Assembly (NCBI GenBank): GCA_051362555.1
Contig: CM120644.1
Coordinates: 6,146,954-6,210,953 of the forward strand
Origin: Lingula anatina
Lineage: Eukaryota; Animalia; Brachiopoda
Reading direction: 5' to 3'
DNA: 64,000 nt
Shown here piece by piece: positions 25,501-39,808 of this stretch. A program made the position numbers and the translations under genes. The notes beneath the pieces are model-generated. The model did no database searches. It worked only from the letters and a program-made list of their open reading frames with translations, and had not been told where the DNA came from. Numbering within the stretch: the first letter of the stretch is position 1; the number at the start of each line of letters is the position of its first letter.

Positions 25501-28500
25501 TAACAGTAAATATAAGATGCTAAATAAGTTAGTCTGAAATATTACTCGTGTGTGTGTGTGTGTGTGCATGCGTGTGTGTGTCTAGAGCATGCATAGAGAT
25601 TATATGTCATCATGCAGACAATTCACTGAAATAAGATAGAAGAATAAGATAGAAGAATAAAATAGAACATATGATGAAACTACACTTGTGACGAAATCAC
25701 AAATATGTGCAAGTTTTGTACTATCAACAGATTCCATCCCAAAATATCACTATAAACAAATCAACTTAAAATGAACAGCTCTACATGTATATCCCACTTT
25801 CAAATTGATCTTTTAGACACTATTATGTCACAATTAAAGATGATATTGATAATCAACTTACTGGTGATAGCAAGTTGTATGTCCAAAAAGCTCTGGATTC
25901 CAGTTCACATAGATCACATCATAGAACCTCAATATGGACTCATAGTCTATCCAAAATACACCTAAATGAAAACATACATATATCAATTTATAGAGCCTCA
26001 ATACAGACCATGAGTCTATCCAAAATTTGCCTAAATGAAACAATTATCCCAGGTTTGGGTTGTACCTAGCCAAGAGGTGATTTCATCCAAAGTCTCATGT
26101 TGGATAAACTTCAGGGGTGAATTTAGTTATTAAACTTTGTTTGTTGAGGGTTAAAACAGGGTACATGTAAATATTAAATTTATAGCAAAGTGTACCTTCC
26201 ATGAATATTCATAAACTCATACTCACCATTGTCAATCATCTGAGCACTCTTGGGGTCAAAGTTCAAGGCCTTCTGGAGCTGAGGTGTCCAGTTTGTGGTG
26301 TCCCTCTCAGAGAAATTCCCCTTCCAGCACAGATGACTCCACGGGTTCTTTAACTGCATCAACTTCTTACCCTGAAACAAAAAAAAAAAAAGAAGAAAAC
26401 AAGTTAACTAAATTTTGAGACATGTCAGAGAAATTCAACTTCCTGCAGAGATAAATCCATGGGTTCTTTTTACTGGCTGAGTGGCAGCATTCTACCTACC
26501 ATGATTTCACGAATGTCCAACATGGCGTACGCATGAGTGGGAACAAGACCAGCCCGCTCTCCCTCTGCATCAGACATCTCCCCTGTTGCCACGGTAACCA
26601 GACAGTGGCCTTTATGGAAGCGGTCCATAATTTTGGTGAATTCTTTATCCTTGTTAAACTCTGGATTGTTGGGTCTGATGGCAATGCGTTCTGGGATCCA
26701 GCCGGTAAGCGCGTGCAGATCTATGTTCTGAAAATGGACAAGGAACGGTTGTTTATAAAACACTGCTACTGGAAATATATATTTAGGCACATTTATTAGC
26801 CATTAGTGTATCTCCAGGGGAGGAGGGAGGGGTTAACCTGTTATCTGTATACACCCCCCCCCCCTCCAACAATCATGAGAATTGAACGCAGTATCAGTTT
26901 TTGAAGAAGAATTTCTACAGGAGGAGTTCTCCAGTGGAAAACTGCTTGCAGAAGTTTTTAAACCAAAATGGAAAATATGTGGGTGAGAAATCCTTGACTG
27001 TCATATTCATAAATATTTTTCAATTTGTCTTTAATTTAAGAAAATTCTGTCTTTTACTAGTACAGGTCTACAATGTATAAAGTATGATATAATACTGGCC
27101 TAAAAGGAAAAATGTTCAAGATCAAGAGTCATGATCACTTCTATTGCCCAGACCACTTACTGAGTTAGAGCCAGGGAAATCATACCCTCCCATCACCTTC
27201 AGGTATGCCTTCTCTAGCAGCGACACCCATAACTCATTCTTATTGGCAGAAAATGAACACAACAATTCCCCATCGTACCCCATTGGTAAGAAGTCGTCTA
27301 TGATAACCTGAAATTGACAGGGGGATCATGAACTCTTTCTACATAAAAACTGATTTCATCTTTAATATCTTTATTATTTCTGGAACCTGCTATTATGATA
27401 CTTATTTTGTAATTATTTCAACATTAAATTCATAAAGTTGACAGAAAAATGTTAAAGTATTTAAACTGGAAATAAATATTTCCCCAGTGGAAGGCTAATG
27501 AAATTTATCACTGGTCTTTTTAACAAAAATCACAAATGATTCAAAGTAATTGATTCTAGTCAAATAATATACAAATATTGACTTCCACCGAGTTGACTTT
27601 AATGTAATATTTTCAAATGGAATGTCAAATTAAAAAAAAAAAAGATCCTGTGGAATGCAGTGTGACATCAATGGGATGGAATATTCTAATATTTTACAGT
27701 GCGGGCCGACACATGATTTTTTTATCGGTATATACAATATTGTTATTTGACCAATGAGAAAAGCCGGTATATTGGTGATTAATAAAAATATATGTGTATT
27801 AAACTGTTTACCATAACTAGCTTTTTAAATAAAACTATTGTAAAGGCAGTGATGGCTTTTGGGCAATACATACTTTCCTATGGACCCCGTTTATGTTGAA
27901 TTTGACCATGTATTTTCCACAAGGGTTATACTGGGGTTCTCCATTTCTATTCTGGGGATATATGATACTGGAAATAAATTAGGCAATTAGATATGAAGAA
28001 ACATATAACACAAAACAACAACCCAGGTAATAATATAATTTAATCTTTTACAATAAAAAAAATTGGCTGAGTGCAAAAATTAATTGATGAAGGCAGTTGG
28101 AAAGGGATTCCTTTGAAGAAATGAAGATCTGAATCACAGACCTTGATGAAAACATCCTAATAATAATGAGGCATGGTGTAAGAATGCTTCCTGCCAATAG
28201 ATTCAGATTCAGATTCAGATTCAGAAGTTTATTGACAATCGCCCTACATCCGGGCATGATCAAATACAAATACAAGAAGTAATCCGCAGAGTGATTACCA
28301 TATACAGTTTGATATACATTATATAATGTCTAGACTAAAGCAGGGAAAGTACAAGTACTACTCAATAAAGATCAATATAGGGATAACAAAAAAAAAAAAA
28401 AAAAAAAAAACTGATTCAACTAGAATAGGCTACACTAAACCTTATATTAAACTAACTATTATTTAGGGGGATATGAAAACTGCATCGTCAGTTAATCTAG

Positions 28501-29410
28501 GTTTTATTCAGCATGGATGCAATTTTCACATCCCTAGCTTTAAAACAATCACAAAGAAAATTAGTTGTGCATTTTGCAATATCAAAATCATTACATTGCA
28601 GTACGGTAATAAAAAGTTCAATGATGGACTAAAATTATTGACTAAAATATCACATTTTGATATGTAAGAATGAAAACACAAAATATGTTATATGCTCCCT
28701 ACAGACATTTACAAAACCACCTTACAGTATCTTAAATTTAAAAACTGGGAGCATCAAAGCCCAAAAGAATCAGGAAGCAAATAATGAATAAATTAGTAAA
28801 ACAGAAAATTAGTTGAGTATGCCGAGATTCCTAATGCTTGATTGTAATGTGTGAGGTTTCTCAATTTTACAAACTATCTGTCCACTTACGTAGTGATGAG
28901 TTTCTTCTTAAATCTTCTCTCATACTGTGCACTTATGGCCAGAGAGGCAACAAATGAACAGTCCGATACTATGGTCTGAAAAGTATAAGAATATCTTAAA
29001 ATTAACAAATATAACTGGCAACACAGCACCAAATTAAGTAAATAAAATATTTCATGAATAACATATTAAATATTGAGTAATACGATGAATTTTAAATCAA
29101 TGTTTATGAAAATTCCTCACATTTGGAAAATGTTTTAAGATAAAAAGAAAACTTGAACTTATCGCATAGAGTGACTTTTCAAACAATTTATGAAAAAAAA
29201 AATCAGACAATAACAGAAAAGTTCTTTAAGTCTGACCTGTCTGACACTAAAACTGGACACTGCCAGGATCATGGTGGGGTTGTCCATGAACTCCTCTGGT
29301 CGAACCCACTGTTTTAGTTTGCTCTTCTGCTTGGGACTCAGGGCCAGTTTGCCTGTCTTGTCACTAGCAGAAAACAACCAGGTCATTTTTGGAACAATCT
29401 TAGCACAATT

Positions 29411-29448
<38 letters not shown>

Positions 29449-32400
29449 TTCAACCTGTGTTATTACAAAGTAAGTGGCATCATAAATTACACATATTCAA
29501 TTCACCAAATCCCCAAACCCTTGGGGCTCACTTCCATTGAAGCTATCAGTCTACGTAGCGATGCAACTCTGCTGGGCCTCATGCTGAATACAATCAGTTT
29601 CACAGATAAACACAGCCCCTCTTGTTTCCAATGTTTTCATATCATCACCAGCTATTCCGTCAATGCAAAGTGGAGGCGTGTTGATGTGTTAAAGTGATTG
29701 CATTCAGCAATAGTTCCTGTAGAGATGGATCTCTATCTATGCATATACTGGTAATTTCAATGGGAATAAACTTTCATTCCTCCAAAGGCACTCACCTGAA
29801 TGGCACTGGGTATGCAAACCTCTCCTTCATATCCACTGACATAAATGGCACATAGGCAATGTCATTGATGAGAGATGTGGTCCTGAAATTAACCATACAA
29901 GATACAGGAGTATAGTTAATTGACTTTGTGTGAACTCACCAATGTCACCACCTCTCGATAACCCCGCCCACTGCATGAATATTCATACATTCACCAAAGG
30001 CACCATCCCTTCTATGGCAACTTCTGCTATAGCATGATTAACAAATATGAGACAGTTACAAAACCAGTCAAATTTAGAAAAGTAAAGATAATGCAAATCG
30101 ATTTATCAATACAGAAACAGTTCTCCAACTAGGCCTCCCTGTGGTGAAATCAATACATTATCAGCAATTAAATCAAATTCATTTGATTCTTCACAACTTT
30201 CCCTTGCTAAGTGTCATGATTCCACTGAATCCCATTACCTTAAAACCAATATCTCTTACCTTAAAACAGATATCTCTTGTCTCAAAACCTATAAAATCTC
30301 TTACCACAAAACAGACATATCTTACATTTAAACTAAAATCTCTAACAATAAAACAAATACCTCTTACATTAAAAAAGATACACCTTACTTTAAAACCTGT
30401 ATCTCGTCTTTGGTGTAGCCCCCACTGCCCCCGCCTCCTCCTCCCCCTCCTCTTGTAACCCTCGCCCCCACTCTCCTCCTCCCCTGATCCTCCTCCTCCT
30501 CATTATCCTTCAGACTGAACCCCAGAGGCCCAGGCAGGGGTTTCCTGTTGTCCTGTGAACCTGGTTGGGGGGCCCTGGGGCTCAGGCTGGGGCTAGGGAC
30601 CCTGGGGATGGCCTTGGACTTGAGTGCCTCTGCCCTATTTGAAAACAGGTGACAAAACTGGATGAATTGCAACATGCACTTGGAAATAGGTGATGCAGAA
30701 AGGTGGTAACTTATTTGGGTGATAAATTATCCATTGACACAGAGCATGTTTGAAAATAAGTGGTCAAAGTGGGATTATCTGTCATTAGCTACAAACAATT
30801 CCACTTTTATAATACTACCACTGTTGTCAGCTCTTTGCAAATATAAATTAAACCAAATAATGATTCATTATGTCTTAAATGTGTTTACATTCATGGGCTC
30901 TGAACTAGTGTGACTGTGTAATTGTAATACTTATTGTATTACTTTGTAAATATGTGGAATATAAGATCATGCCTTTCTTGGTGACGTATATTGCAGGTTT
31001 TGGACAATCAATATATATCTCATTAATATACATTTTATGTTAACATTATTACCCTTCTATGCAGTGATTAGCATATAAATTCACATAACAGTACCTGTCT
31101 AGAGCCTGTGTGGCCATCTTTGTGACATTCTCCTTAAGTTTATTATCTGCCGTGGAATCCCTCTGTAAACATATCATCTTACATACATGAAAAATGTGCT
31201 GTTTTACACATATTTTATAAAATACATTACTAAAGTATTTTAACGCGACAAGCAGTTCTTTTAACACCATTTCCTTTTTTTCTCTTAATTTTTGATTAAG
31301 TAACAAAATACTTTATTTACTTACAGTGTGATTTAAAATGTGATTTAAAATTAAAATTTTTATGCTAATAAAATGAATTATTCCACAAATGAAATCATTC
31401 TTAGGCTATTTATCTGTATTAAGATAGATTCCATATTCATGCATGTATGCTTATTATGTGCAGTATATGCATATCATATATGCAAGCACCTGCCTTCCAA
31501 CTTACAATTTTAATAAACAGTTCCACAGACTCTGTGTATAGTTGCACTGCCTCTTCCTCATTGTTGTTTTCATCCTCGTCAAATGCCTGGTGGAGCAGAA
31601 ACTGGGCCCTCTCCAGATTCATCTAAAATTTTCATCAAACATGACCAGAGATGAGAGTTGTGACAATAACCCATAATATGAGGACCTTTCTCACACACAA
31701 TCATTTTAATTAGTAATATTTCTTTATGTTTTGTAATTATCAGGAAAAACTTTATAAAATAAAATAAATTTAAATGGACAAAAAGATAAACATAATCAGC
31801 TGCTAAAAACACCAGTATTTCTTTTTTCAATTTTAACAACACTGATTTAAGAAATATAAATTTAATTTAATAATAAATAAATTTAATTTAAACATAAATT
31901 AAATTTAATATTAATTTATTCATATGCTTATACAGTAGATGTACATTTTACGAAGAATAAAGCCCAACAATGTGTTCTATGACTACATTTATTTACGAAG
32001 TTTACAATTATAACAATTTTGAAAATAATTTTGTGCAAAAACTTGTGTAATAAATTAATGCTGTTTGAATTAGGAGAGTTCATACCATACACCTGCAGGT
32101 GAGACACCTTACCTGTTGTTCCGTCTTGCCAACATGGCTCCTTATGCTGCTGGCATTCCTGACTAAAGAGAGGAAGACACACTGGCTTAATACAGTTAAC
32201 TTATTGTAATCAACAGCATGACTACTTTTATCGCTGCCATCATTTTTTTTTATCATTTCTATACCAGTAGATAAAAATTGCTAAAAAATAATCCATGCCA
32301 GCATCTATGCTTATTTTGTAAACAATACAAAGAAATTATAATCTTTTAACAAATAAACATCAGTCCCAACAAATTTTGCATGAAATGACCTAAATTCTGG

Positions 32401-33267
32401 CCTTAAAAAAACACTGGGGACTGAATTCAAAACATTATTTTCGAATCCAAAAGCGTTAAAAGGCAAAAAAAATTAATGGCAAGAATTCTATATAAACACC
32501 AGTTACCCATTGCCTGGAGTTGCTCTGAGCGACACATGTATTCATTGGCCTTGTCTGTCAGTCCAGGTCTCTGGGACCCACTCATACAGGCATTGATCAG
32601 GGCCTGAGCTGCCTCCTAGATAACAAAAGTATACCATTTTACTATTATTATTATTTTTCCAATAATGAGCACCAGTACTGTAGGGATGAGCTTGCTGGAA
32701 ATAAGAGTGTGAACTTTTTGATCATAAGGCAAGATTTGTCACAATTACAAAAAAGACTTATTGTTTAATGTGCCAATAGCTCTGCTGTATAGGAAAATAA
32801 GCAAAATTTACCAAATAGTATTTTGACTGCTGATATGGCAGAGGATATTTGACTGAGGATGAAACAATGAGGAAGGAGCAGTATAATTGTACACAGAGTC
32901 TGTGGAGCTGTTCATTAAAATCAGGGAAATGGGGGCTGTGACAGTCATTTGTTACATTAGTAGAAATGGATATATGGATATGCTTGCTGTACATGTACAA
33001 ATGTAGAGTCTCAGCTGCTTGGTTGAGAGGCCAAATGATATTTTTACAGCAGTGAATGTGGGTAGGAAGACATACTCACAATAGACCTACTGGTATCAAA
33101 TATACAATCTCTGTTTTCCACATATATTACGATATAAAGTAACTCACTGTGTAATAAAATGCGGCACTCTGATACTGCCCCTTCTGGTCAAAATCCACTG
33201 CAGCCCTGGCAAAATTGTATCCATCTTGTTCTAATGTGGTGGGATCAACTGCACTACTGTTGTCCAT
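22588..33267 (-). CDS. CAPN7: Calpain-7 (PalB ortholog; two MIT domains, CysPc, two C2-like domains), 20 coding exons, about 839 aa
   Basis: Exons: 33148-33267, 32507-32615, 32113-32162, 31506-31622, 31095-31162, 30389-30634, 29796-29882, 29237-29363, 28890-28975, 27874-27967, 27161-27307, 26500-26727, 26227-26371, 25862-25961, 25276-25414, 24960-25035, 24456-24670, 23672-23805, 23234-23320, 22588-22732. Sum 2520 nt, phases consistent. Catalytic triad QTIVSDCSF / PTHAYA / KNPW; C-terminus [17 protein letters not shown]. Confidence 0.95.
25962..26041 (-). repeat. 69-bp tandem duplication of the calpain-7 exon 14 acceptor and exon start
   Basis: tttcatttag|G..TTTTGGATAGAC occurs twice, 69 nt apart (exon starts 25961 and 26030). 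Confidence 0.85.
28199..28410 (-). mobile_element. LINE 3' end relic with (TCTGAA)n tail
   Basis: Minus strand reads caataaacttctgaatctgaatctgaatctgaatct, a tail type typical of L2/CR1/Rex-like LINEs. Confidence 0.5.
30230..30406. repeat. About 21-bp degenerate minisatellite derived from the calpain-7 exon 6 donor junction
   Basis: About 8 units like tcttaccttaaaacagatatc; the last unit is the true exon end and donor (ccttac|tttaaaacctgtatctc). Confidence 0.75.
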
Positions 33268-33958
33268 TCTGAAACATAACAAACAAGATTTTCTATTTCA
33301 TTGTATGGTCCACATTTTTTTATCTTTAAGTTGGGTATGAAATTATAAAAGTCTGAGTCAATGTTTAAAGCTTAGAGACCTGTATCTGTATCTGTCCATA
33401 TACGTCTAAGGAGACCACTACTGGTGTAAGATAGACGGAAAGAAATGCTTTAAAATCTCTACCCTTGAAGTTATTCTCAACATGATTATAATCTTTTATG
33501 CTCAATCAAATTTACAAAACAATAAGCCCACAAAAAATACTGTGCACGTTGACCAGCATCATGCACATCTGACAAAATATCTTTCAGAAATTAAGACATT
33601 TAACATTGAGTTTGACAGTTAGGATCTATAAAAATTCCCAGGGACTCCAACTTGTTTTGTGTCTGAGGCGGATTTGAACCAATGAAATAATATCTAAGTA
33701 CGCCTTTGCTTAGAAAGAATGAAATAAATGCATAATACCACTTGCATTAAATATTGGTGTATCACTTTCGAAACTTGAAAGTCGAAGGTTGTAATTTGCT
33801 GTTAAGGGCGATTACTAGTATATTCAATCAGCTGCTTTAGAAAATGTATTTTGCTTTTCATCATCGTTGAGATATTCTAAAGGTCTTCGTGGAACAGTCA
33901 TTTAGAGAAGAAACTTCAAGCCAAAGAAATAAAACAGAAAGCAGTGCTCTTTGCTTAC

Positions 33959-34345
33959 CTTACCACATCCTCAATGAAATGTTTTTTACTCTACTTGTCC
34001 CATAGATGGTGCGCACCGCTGCCTTAAGACAAGATGAGCCTATTTTTCTTGCCCATTGTTTTGATGATATTGTTAGATTTGTAACAAACAAACTATAAAA
34101 TTATCAAAATATACAATGTTTGTTTTCATTTCAGTTGATTATCTCTTAGTTTAGTCTTTATTAACTAGAGTGGGCATATTTTATTTCACGTCGTCTGCAA
34201 CACACGTTTTGATGACGTAGTTCACACAGCTTGTTTGGTGCTGGAGAGAGGATTCGGTACACCTGTAAATAGAGTGAGTGATATAACTATAACCGGCGTC
34301 TGGGTTACGTTTTCTATGCTCAAGTTATATTGATAAATATAAAAG
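33959..34345. promoter_or_regulatory. Probable bidirectional promoter with non-coding first exons of CAPN7 (-) and integrin beta (+)
   Basis: Minus-strand donor at 33953-33958 (AG|gtaagc); plus-strand donor AAG|gtaagt at 34345/34346; local CpG enrichment and CRE-like tgacgtag at about 34213. Both genes' ATG exons start just after an acceptor, so upstream exons are required. Confidence 0.55.
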
Positions 34346-35009
34346 GTAAGTGTACATGAATGAACCTTTAAAATATCTTTTTTCATTTTGGAGTTACGGC
34401 TTAGTTATTTCGACTAGCAAAAGTAGGTCAAACTTTCTGTTGTTCTATGCTTGGTAAGGCTATGTGAGATTTTGTAAGAGCTTCAACGGTGGCACTCCTA
34501 GATTACTTTGAAATGACTCTACTTAATGTGTCGGCTTTGTCTGCTTTCTCGTGTCTGGGATGTGCTGAAATTTTCGTGAAACTCGAAAACCTTTATAAGT
34601 GAAAAATAGGCACAAGAAAGTTGTTTTGTTAATCATAAATTCTGTGAAATCCTAAGCCAAATGGAACTCGTTAACATTGTTGCCAGTTCTGCTTGATCAG
34701 ATAGACTTCTCACTAGTTTTTGCTTTATAATATTTCAACCAAAATATTGTGATTTGATCAGATATGGTGATAAGATAATAGAACAAAGATTGACAGAGAA
34801 TGGGGATGTTGCTTTTTTCAGTTGATTTAAAACAAAAAAGTTTCTCTACTAGCTATTGACAACAGAGGTGTCTCATATATCCCCACATCCAGTGGTGCTG
34901 CTCTACCCCCATCTCCTGCCATCCTGCTATCCAACCCCACCACTACCTAATACAGGTCTTAAATCCCCCCTCCCCTCCCTTACCACCACTGCCGATACTC
35001 TAAAAATTC

Positions 35010-37578
35010 CTGCTTGTAGGCCAGGGTAACAAACTTGTGCTGCACACAGCACAAACTGGAGATATTGTTTGTATAAAAGAAAAGGTATGGACATCCCTGT
35101 ATAAAATGCTCAGATGATGGATTAACTATATTGATTTCACCAGCCAAGAACTATGTGGGCATTAAATGTTTTACGGCCAAATGATGTTATTTCCCATGAG
35201 GATTCTTTGACTGTGTGACCATTATGCGTGATTATTAAGTACATGGATAAGAGGGAAGGTGGCTTGAACTGATAAAAATGGATCTCCTTTTGAGGAAAAG
35301 AAATGAAAAAGGGTGGGTGTGTCTAGGAGAGATTGTGAATGCAGAAGCAGTTCTAGACATGCATGCTCAAAGTCTGTATATATATATATCTTTTATAAAC
35401 CACAACATTCAGATATAAAATCACTATCATTTTTTTTTCTTAGTTCTTCTCGTAAATAAATAAACCATACCCATTCTGCACCAATTCAGAGGTTTTAGAT
35501 TGCTCAAGTTGGATTCAATTTGCCATTTATGGTTTATGAAGCTCTGAGTGTACCTGGCTTTATTAAGGTGATTCAATATGTGTGTATTGTCTATTTTGGG
35601 CTGGTCTGAATTTCATTAGTGATCATAACTTACCCTGGATTAGACAGATAGGTTTACATGGGAGAGGGAAAATCAATAATCTGTAATCATTGCAAAGTCA
35701 CATTATCCCCTTTATGACAGAAATCACTGTGAGGGTGATGACATAATGTAAATGAACCAAATATATTAGCAGTGAAGATTGAAAACCTGAGGTGAATTCA
35801 CACTAGGAACGGTTATCAGGTCCTAACTGTAGTCTGGCCACAGGATCAAGATACCATTAAAGCCAGTTCACAGGAATTAAGCTCAGACCAATGCTGACCA
35901 ATTTGTCTAATTTTTCCCCTCCCATCTTTATATTACTTGAGGCCAGCAAGCCTTTGGGAAATTAAATATTTTTTTTTTTTTTCGTTTTATGGCTTGGTTT
36001 TCAGTTGTAAGTAGTTTTGTCTATATTCAGCAGCAGCCAGTGAGGGTATTACATAAATGTGGTTTACTTGTTCATAGATATGGATTTAAACATAATATAT
36101 AAACAGTAGAAATCAATGAGTCGAGTGTTAGGATAACATTATAGATGTGATATAACAAAAGACTTGAAGGTAATATCAAAACAAATGCTACCTTTCTAGA
36201 AGGAGTTCCTGGTGTTTATTGTCAATATTTTGATAGGTCTACATTGTAATACAAGTATAGCACTGCAGCTTGTTTTGTGCTTCTAGATTTACTGGTTTAG
36301 TGGTATAGATAACCATAAGTTATTTGGATCAACTTATGGTGCTCTGAGGCCTAAAAAAAGTCATCAGTATTAGATTCAAGATTAGACCTAACTGGAGCTT
36401 CTATCAAAAAGGTCTAAAAATCACTTTTGGAAGCTCAAATTGAAGCCAAATACTAGTAAGACTTAAGCTGATGAAAGTATCTTTATCAAAGAATTTCTGA
36501 AAGGCTGCTCACCTCATTTTGTCAGTCTTATAAATGTCTCTTCAGCAAATTGCAAAATCTTCTAAAATGATTTAGGCATGTTTAATATTTATGGTCTAAA
36601 TAACTGGTGTAGGGGACAGGTAGGGAAAAATATCAAGGAATATCCATTTTATTGAAAATAATCAATTTTAGTGGAGGCTGACTACTTATTGAGCAATACC
36701 TGGAAGGATGTGCTCCTCATGCAATTATACACAAACATACACAGGCATACATACACATGTGTACACATTCCCATGTACAGTATGCATGCACACATGCACA
36801 CACACACACACACATATGTATATCACCAAACGCCTGCACAATTACACATTCACACAAATGCGCTTCTTCCTTGAAACTCTCATGTATTGTTTGCTCAGAA
36901 ACTGGAGCTGCCTTGGGTGGGTGAACATCTTTATCAGCAATAAACACAGCATAATGAAAAATCAATAGGCAGACAAGTATCCAACAACCACACAGTATAT
37001 CCAGCCACTTTTGTGATATCAGCCATACTGCCATGTTTGAGACCGATTACAGTGATACTTATTGAATTAGAATTTACACATTGAATTACATTTTCATGTA
37101 TAAATATTAATATTCATGTAAGTTTTCCTTGTGGGACGGGGGAGGAGTGGAAGTTTTCATGAAATTTATCATTATGTTTCATAGAATATTTTCTTTTAAA
37201 GAAAGCAAAATTGAGACCTAATGCAAAATAGTTTGAAATTTGTGAATATTTACCCCTGTACTTTGTACTAGTAGCTAACTGGCTCAAATTATAGTTGAAA
37301 GACTACCTGGCTATTATTATAACTAAAGACACAGCTTGGGTTCACTTGTTCATACCTTTTTCTTTAGTCAAAAGGCTGAAAGATATTAGCTGGAAATCAA
37401 AGTTTTAGGTCGAGCAATAAAATGGTTACACTCATTAACAAGTAATTGTTTTTCTCATTGCCTTAAGCAATCTTTCTCAATAAGGTACATGTGCATCTTG
37501 AAGAATTGAGAATTGAGAAATGAAATGAAGAGGAAAAACTTGATTGCAACCCCCTACTACATACTGTTAAATCCCACG

Positions 37579-37626
<48 letters not shown>

Positions 37627-39570
37627 CTGTCTTCACCACCAGGTTTACTGACATATTGCCAAGCAAGGTTTTGAAGTCAAGAATCAACTTCCGGAGTAAG
37701 AACCACAACATCATTGACAAACCATTTCAAACTGCAACAAAAGTTCCTTTGTTTTATGATGTGGTGTGTTTCCAGTACCTGGCTATGTACACAGAGTGTA
37801 AATCTTTCCTCATACAGGGAACCTGGCATATGCTCAGAGATATCATTTATATATTTCCCAATATAGGCAGCAGCATTACCTTAGTGTTGTAATTTAAATA
37901 TTCTTGTCAACAGAGAAAATTATTTATAAATTTCTTTAAAAAAAGGCAAGAGACTTACTCCCCTGAGTTAGAGTATGACAAGTAAATGCTGTGTTCTAGT
38001 GGAGGGAATTTTTTATTTTGAATCCATAATCTCTGTTCATTGTGATTTGATTAGGACTGTCCTCTTCTGTATTAATTTAAATTAATTATCAATTAATTAA
38101 TTAATTTCAAATGATTCATATATCCATGAATTAATCTAATAACAGGTGCAACAATTTCAGTATAGTACTTGAAAAAAAGCAGTGGCTGTAACATACCATC
38201 AATACTGGCTTATTATAAGTATTAGATCAAAGATGTAGACAATTCCAAATTAAAGTACTAGTACTCACAACTGGCATGGGAAGTTTTATTTATCTAAATC
38301 CATATTGGGAGAGAGAGCTCAGCACTGCAGTAATGTTGCTCATCAATTAATTCTCTAAAGTTGTTACTGACCAGATGAACATGATCCCGTTTATCATCAT
38401 AATAGGAGATGTGATGGGCTGATATCTGCCCTCAGTGCTCCCATTTACTAGTGGAAGGTATGCTGCCACTAGTCTGGGCTGGTAAGCATTGCATTGATGG
38501 GAATCTACAGAGATATGGTAGCTTGTGAGGAGGTGTGAGTCTGATTAGGTGTGTGTGTGGGGGGGGGGGGGGGGGGGGGGGGGGTCACTGGTAAAAAAGC
38601 CCTTGTATTTGATTTTTTCTACCAACTATCAAGTTCTCCAATTCACCAATTTGAATAAGATACATTATGGTGAAAATGTCATTTTAATGTTTAAAATCCA
38701 GTTAAACCTTTGGTTTGTAACATATCAGAGCTCAGCAAATTTAAGTACTAGTACAGTAGGCTCAATCCCATTGTTCTTTTCCAGTCAAAACAAAGGGAAA
38801 TCCAGGTTATTTGCTGTTTTGTGCCTCAACATTTTACCCACAAAAACCTCACATTTTCCAAACAGATGACTCATTCTATCAGTACTAGTAAGAAGTCAGA
38901 TTACTAGTACGTGTATTCTGTGATTGGGGATGCTAGCCATATTATAATGTAAATAAGGAGTGATGTTATTTCACATCTGTCTGGGCAGTCTGTCTACGTT
39001 TTTCTTGATGCAGTTATAACTCGATCAATTCAAACAACTTGGCTTTATCAGTGATTTCCGCCAAGAAAGTTTTGTCTTAGTTATACAAGTTTTACAGGTT
39101 CTTATTAATTTTTCTGGAAATTTGTAGTTGGCTGTGTGTCAGAAAGTACATTATTGTAAAAGTCTATAAATGAGGAATCTTGCAGAACTGTCATATTTGA
39201 GAACAAGTGAAGCTGTACAAAATTTTAACCGGATACCACAACACAGCCTTGCTGTTTCAGTGGGTGCATGGTTATATGAAGGTACTAGTAAAGGGTAGAC
39301 TGAAATTACTGTGTAATTACACCACTTATCCAATCACCAGTGACTAATTATGATGTTAGCTGGAGCACAGGTGAGGCCAGGTGAGGGGGAGGCCGCGTTC
39401 ACACTAGAACCAACTTCAGCACACCATCTAAATTCAGGACTGCTTGTAGGCCAGGGTGACAAACTTGTGCAGTGCACAGCACAAACTGGAGATGTTGCTT
39501 GTATCAAAGAAAAAGTATGGACATCCCTCTATAAAATGCTCAGTTCTACGTCAGATGATGGATTAGCTAC
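35010..39570 (+). repeat. Dispersed direct repeat of about 110-130 bp (35010-35130 and 39439-39570)
   Basis: ctgcttgtaggccagggt.acaaacttgtgc....acagcacaaactggagat...tatggacatccct.tataaaatgctcag present twice. Confidence 0.8.
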
Positions 39571-39619
39571 ACTGGGACCAATTGGGGATCATGAATATGC
39601 TACAGTATGGCTAATGTGT

Positions 39620-39673
<54 letters not shown>

Positions 39674-39808
39674 TTATTTATTGACACAATACATCACGAA
39701 TACATGACAATACAAAAACAAACAAACAGACACTCGCTCACACACTCACACATAAGAGATGTTATGCTATATAGCACTTTTTAGTTAATTACATCATACG
39801 CTAAATAT

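Noticed and set aside
30230-30406. Possible CRISPR-like repeat array (also 60282-60490 and 49303-49575)
   Set aside because: Eukaryotic context, head-to-tail degenerate units without unique spacers, and no cas genes.
30141-30458. 105-aa + strand ORF with periodic LTLKQI repeats
   Set aside because: Translation of the 21-bp intronic minisatellite, antisense to CAPN7; no independent coding evidence.
36671-37034. His/Thr- or Cys/Val-rich ORFs
   Set aside because: Translations of degenerate (CA)n microsatellite.
39350-39622. 90-aa ORF next to the LINE tail
   Set aside because: Overlaps a dispersed repeat whose other copy has indels; no recognisable motif or supported splice pattern.
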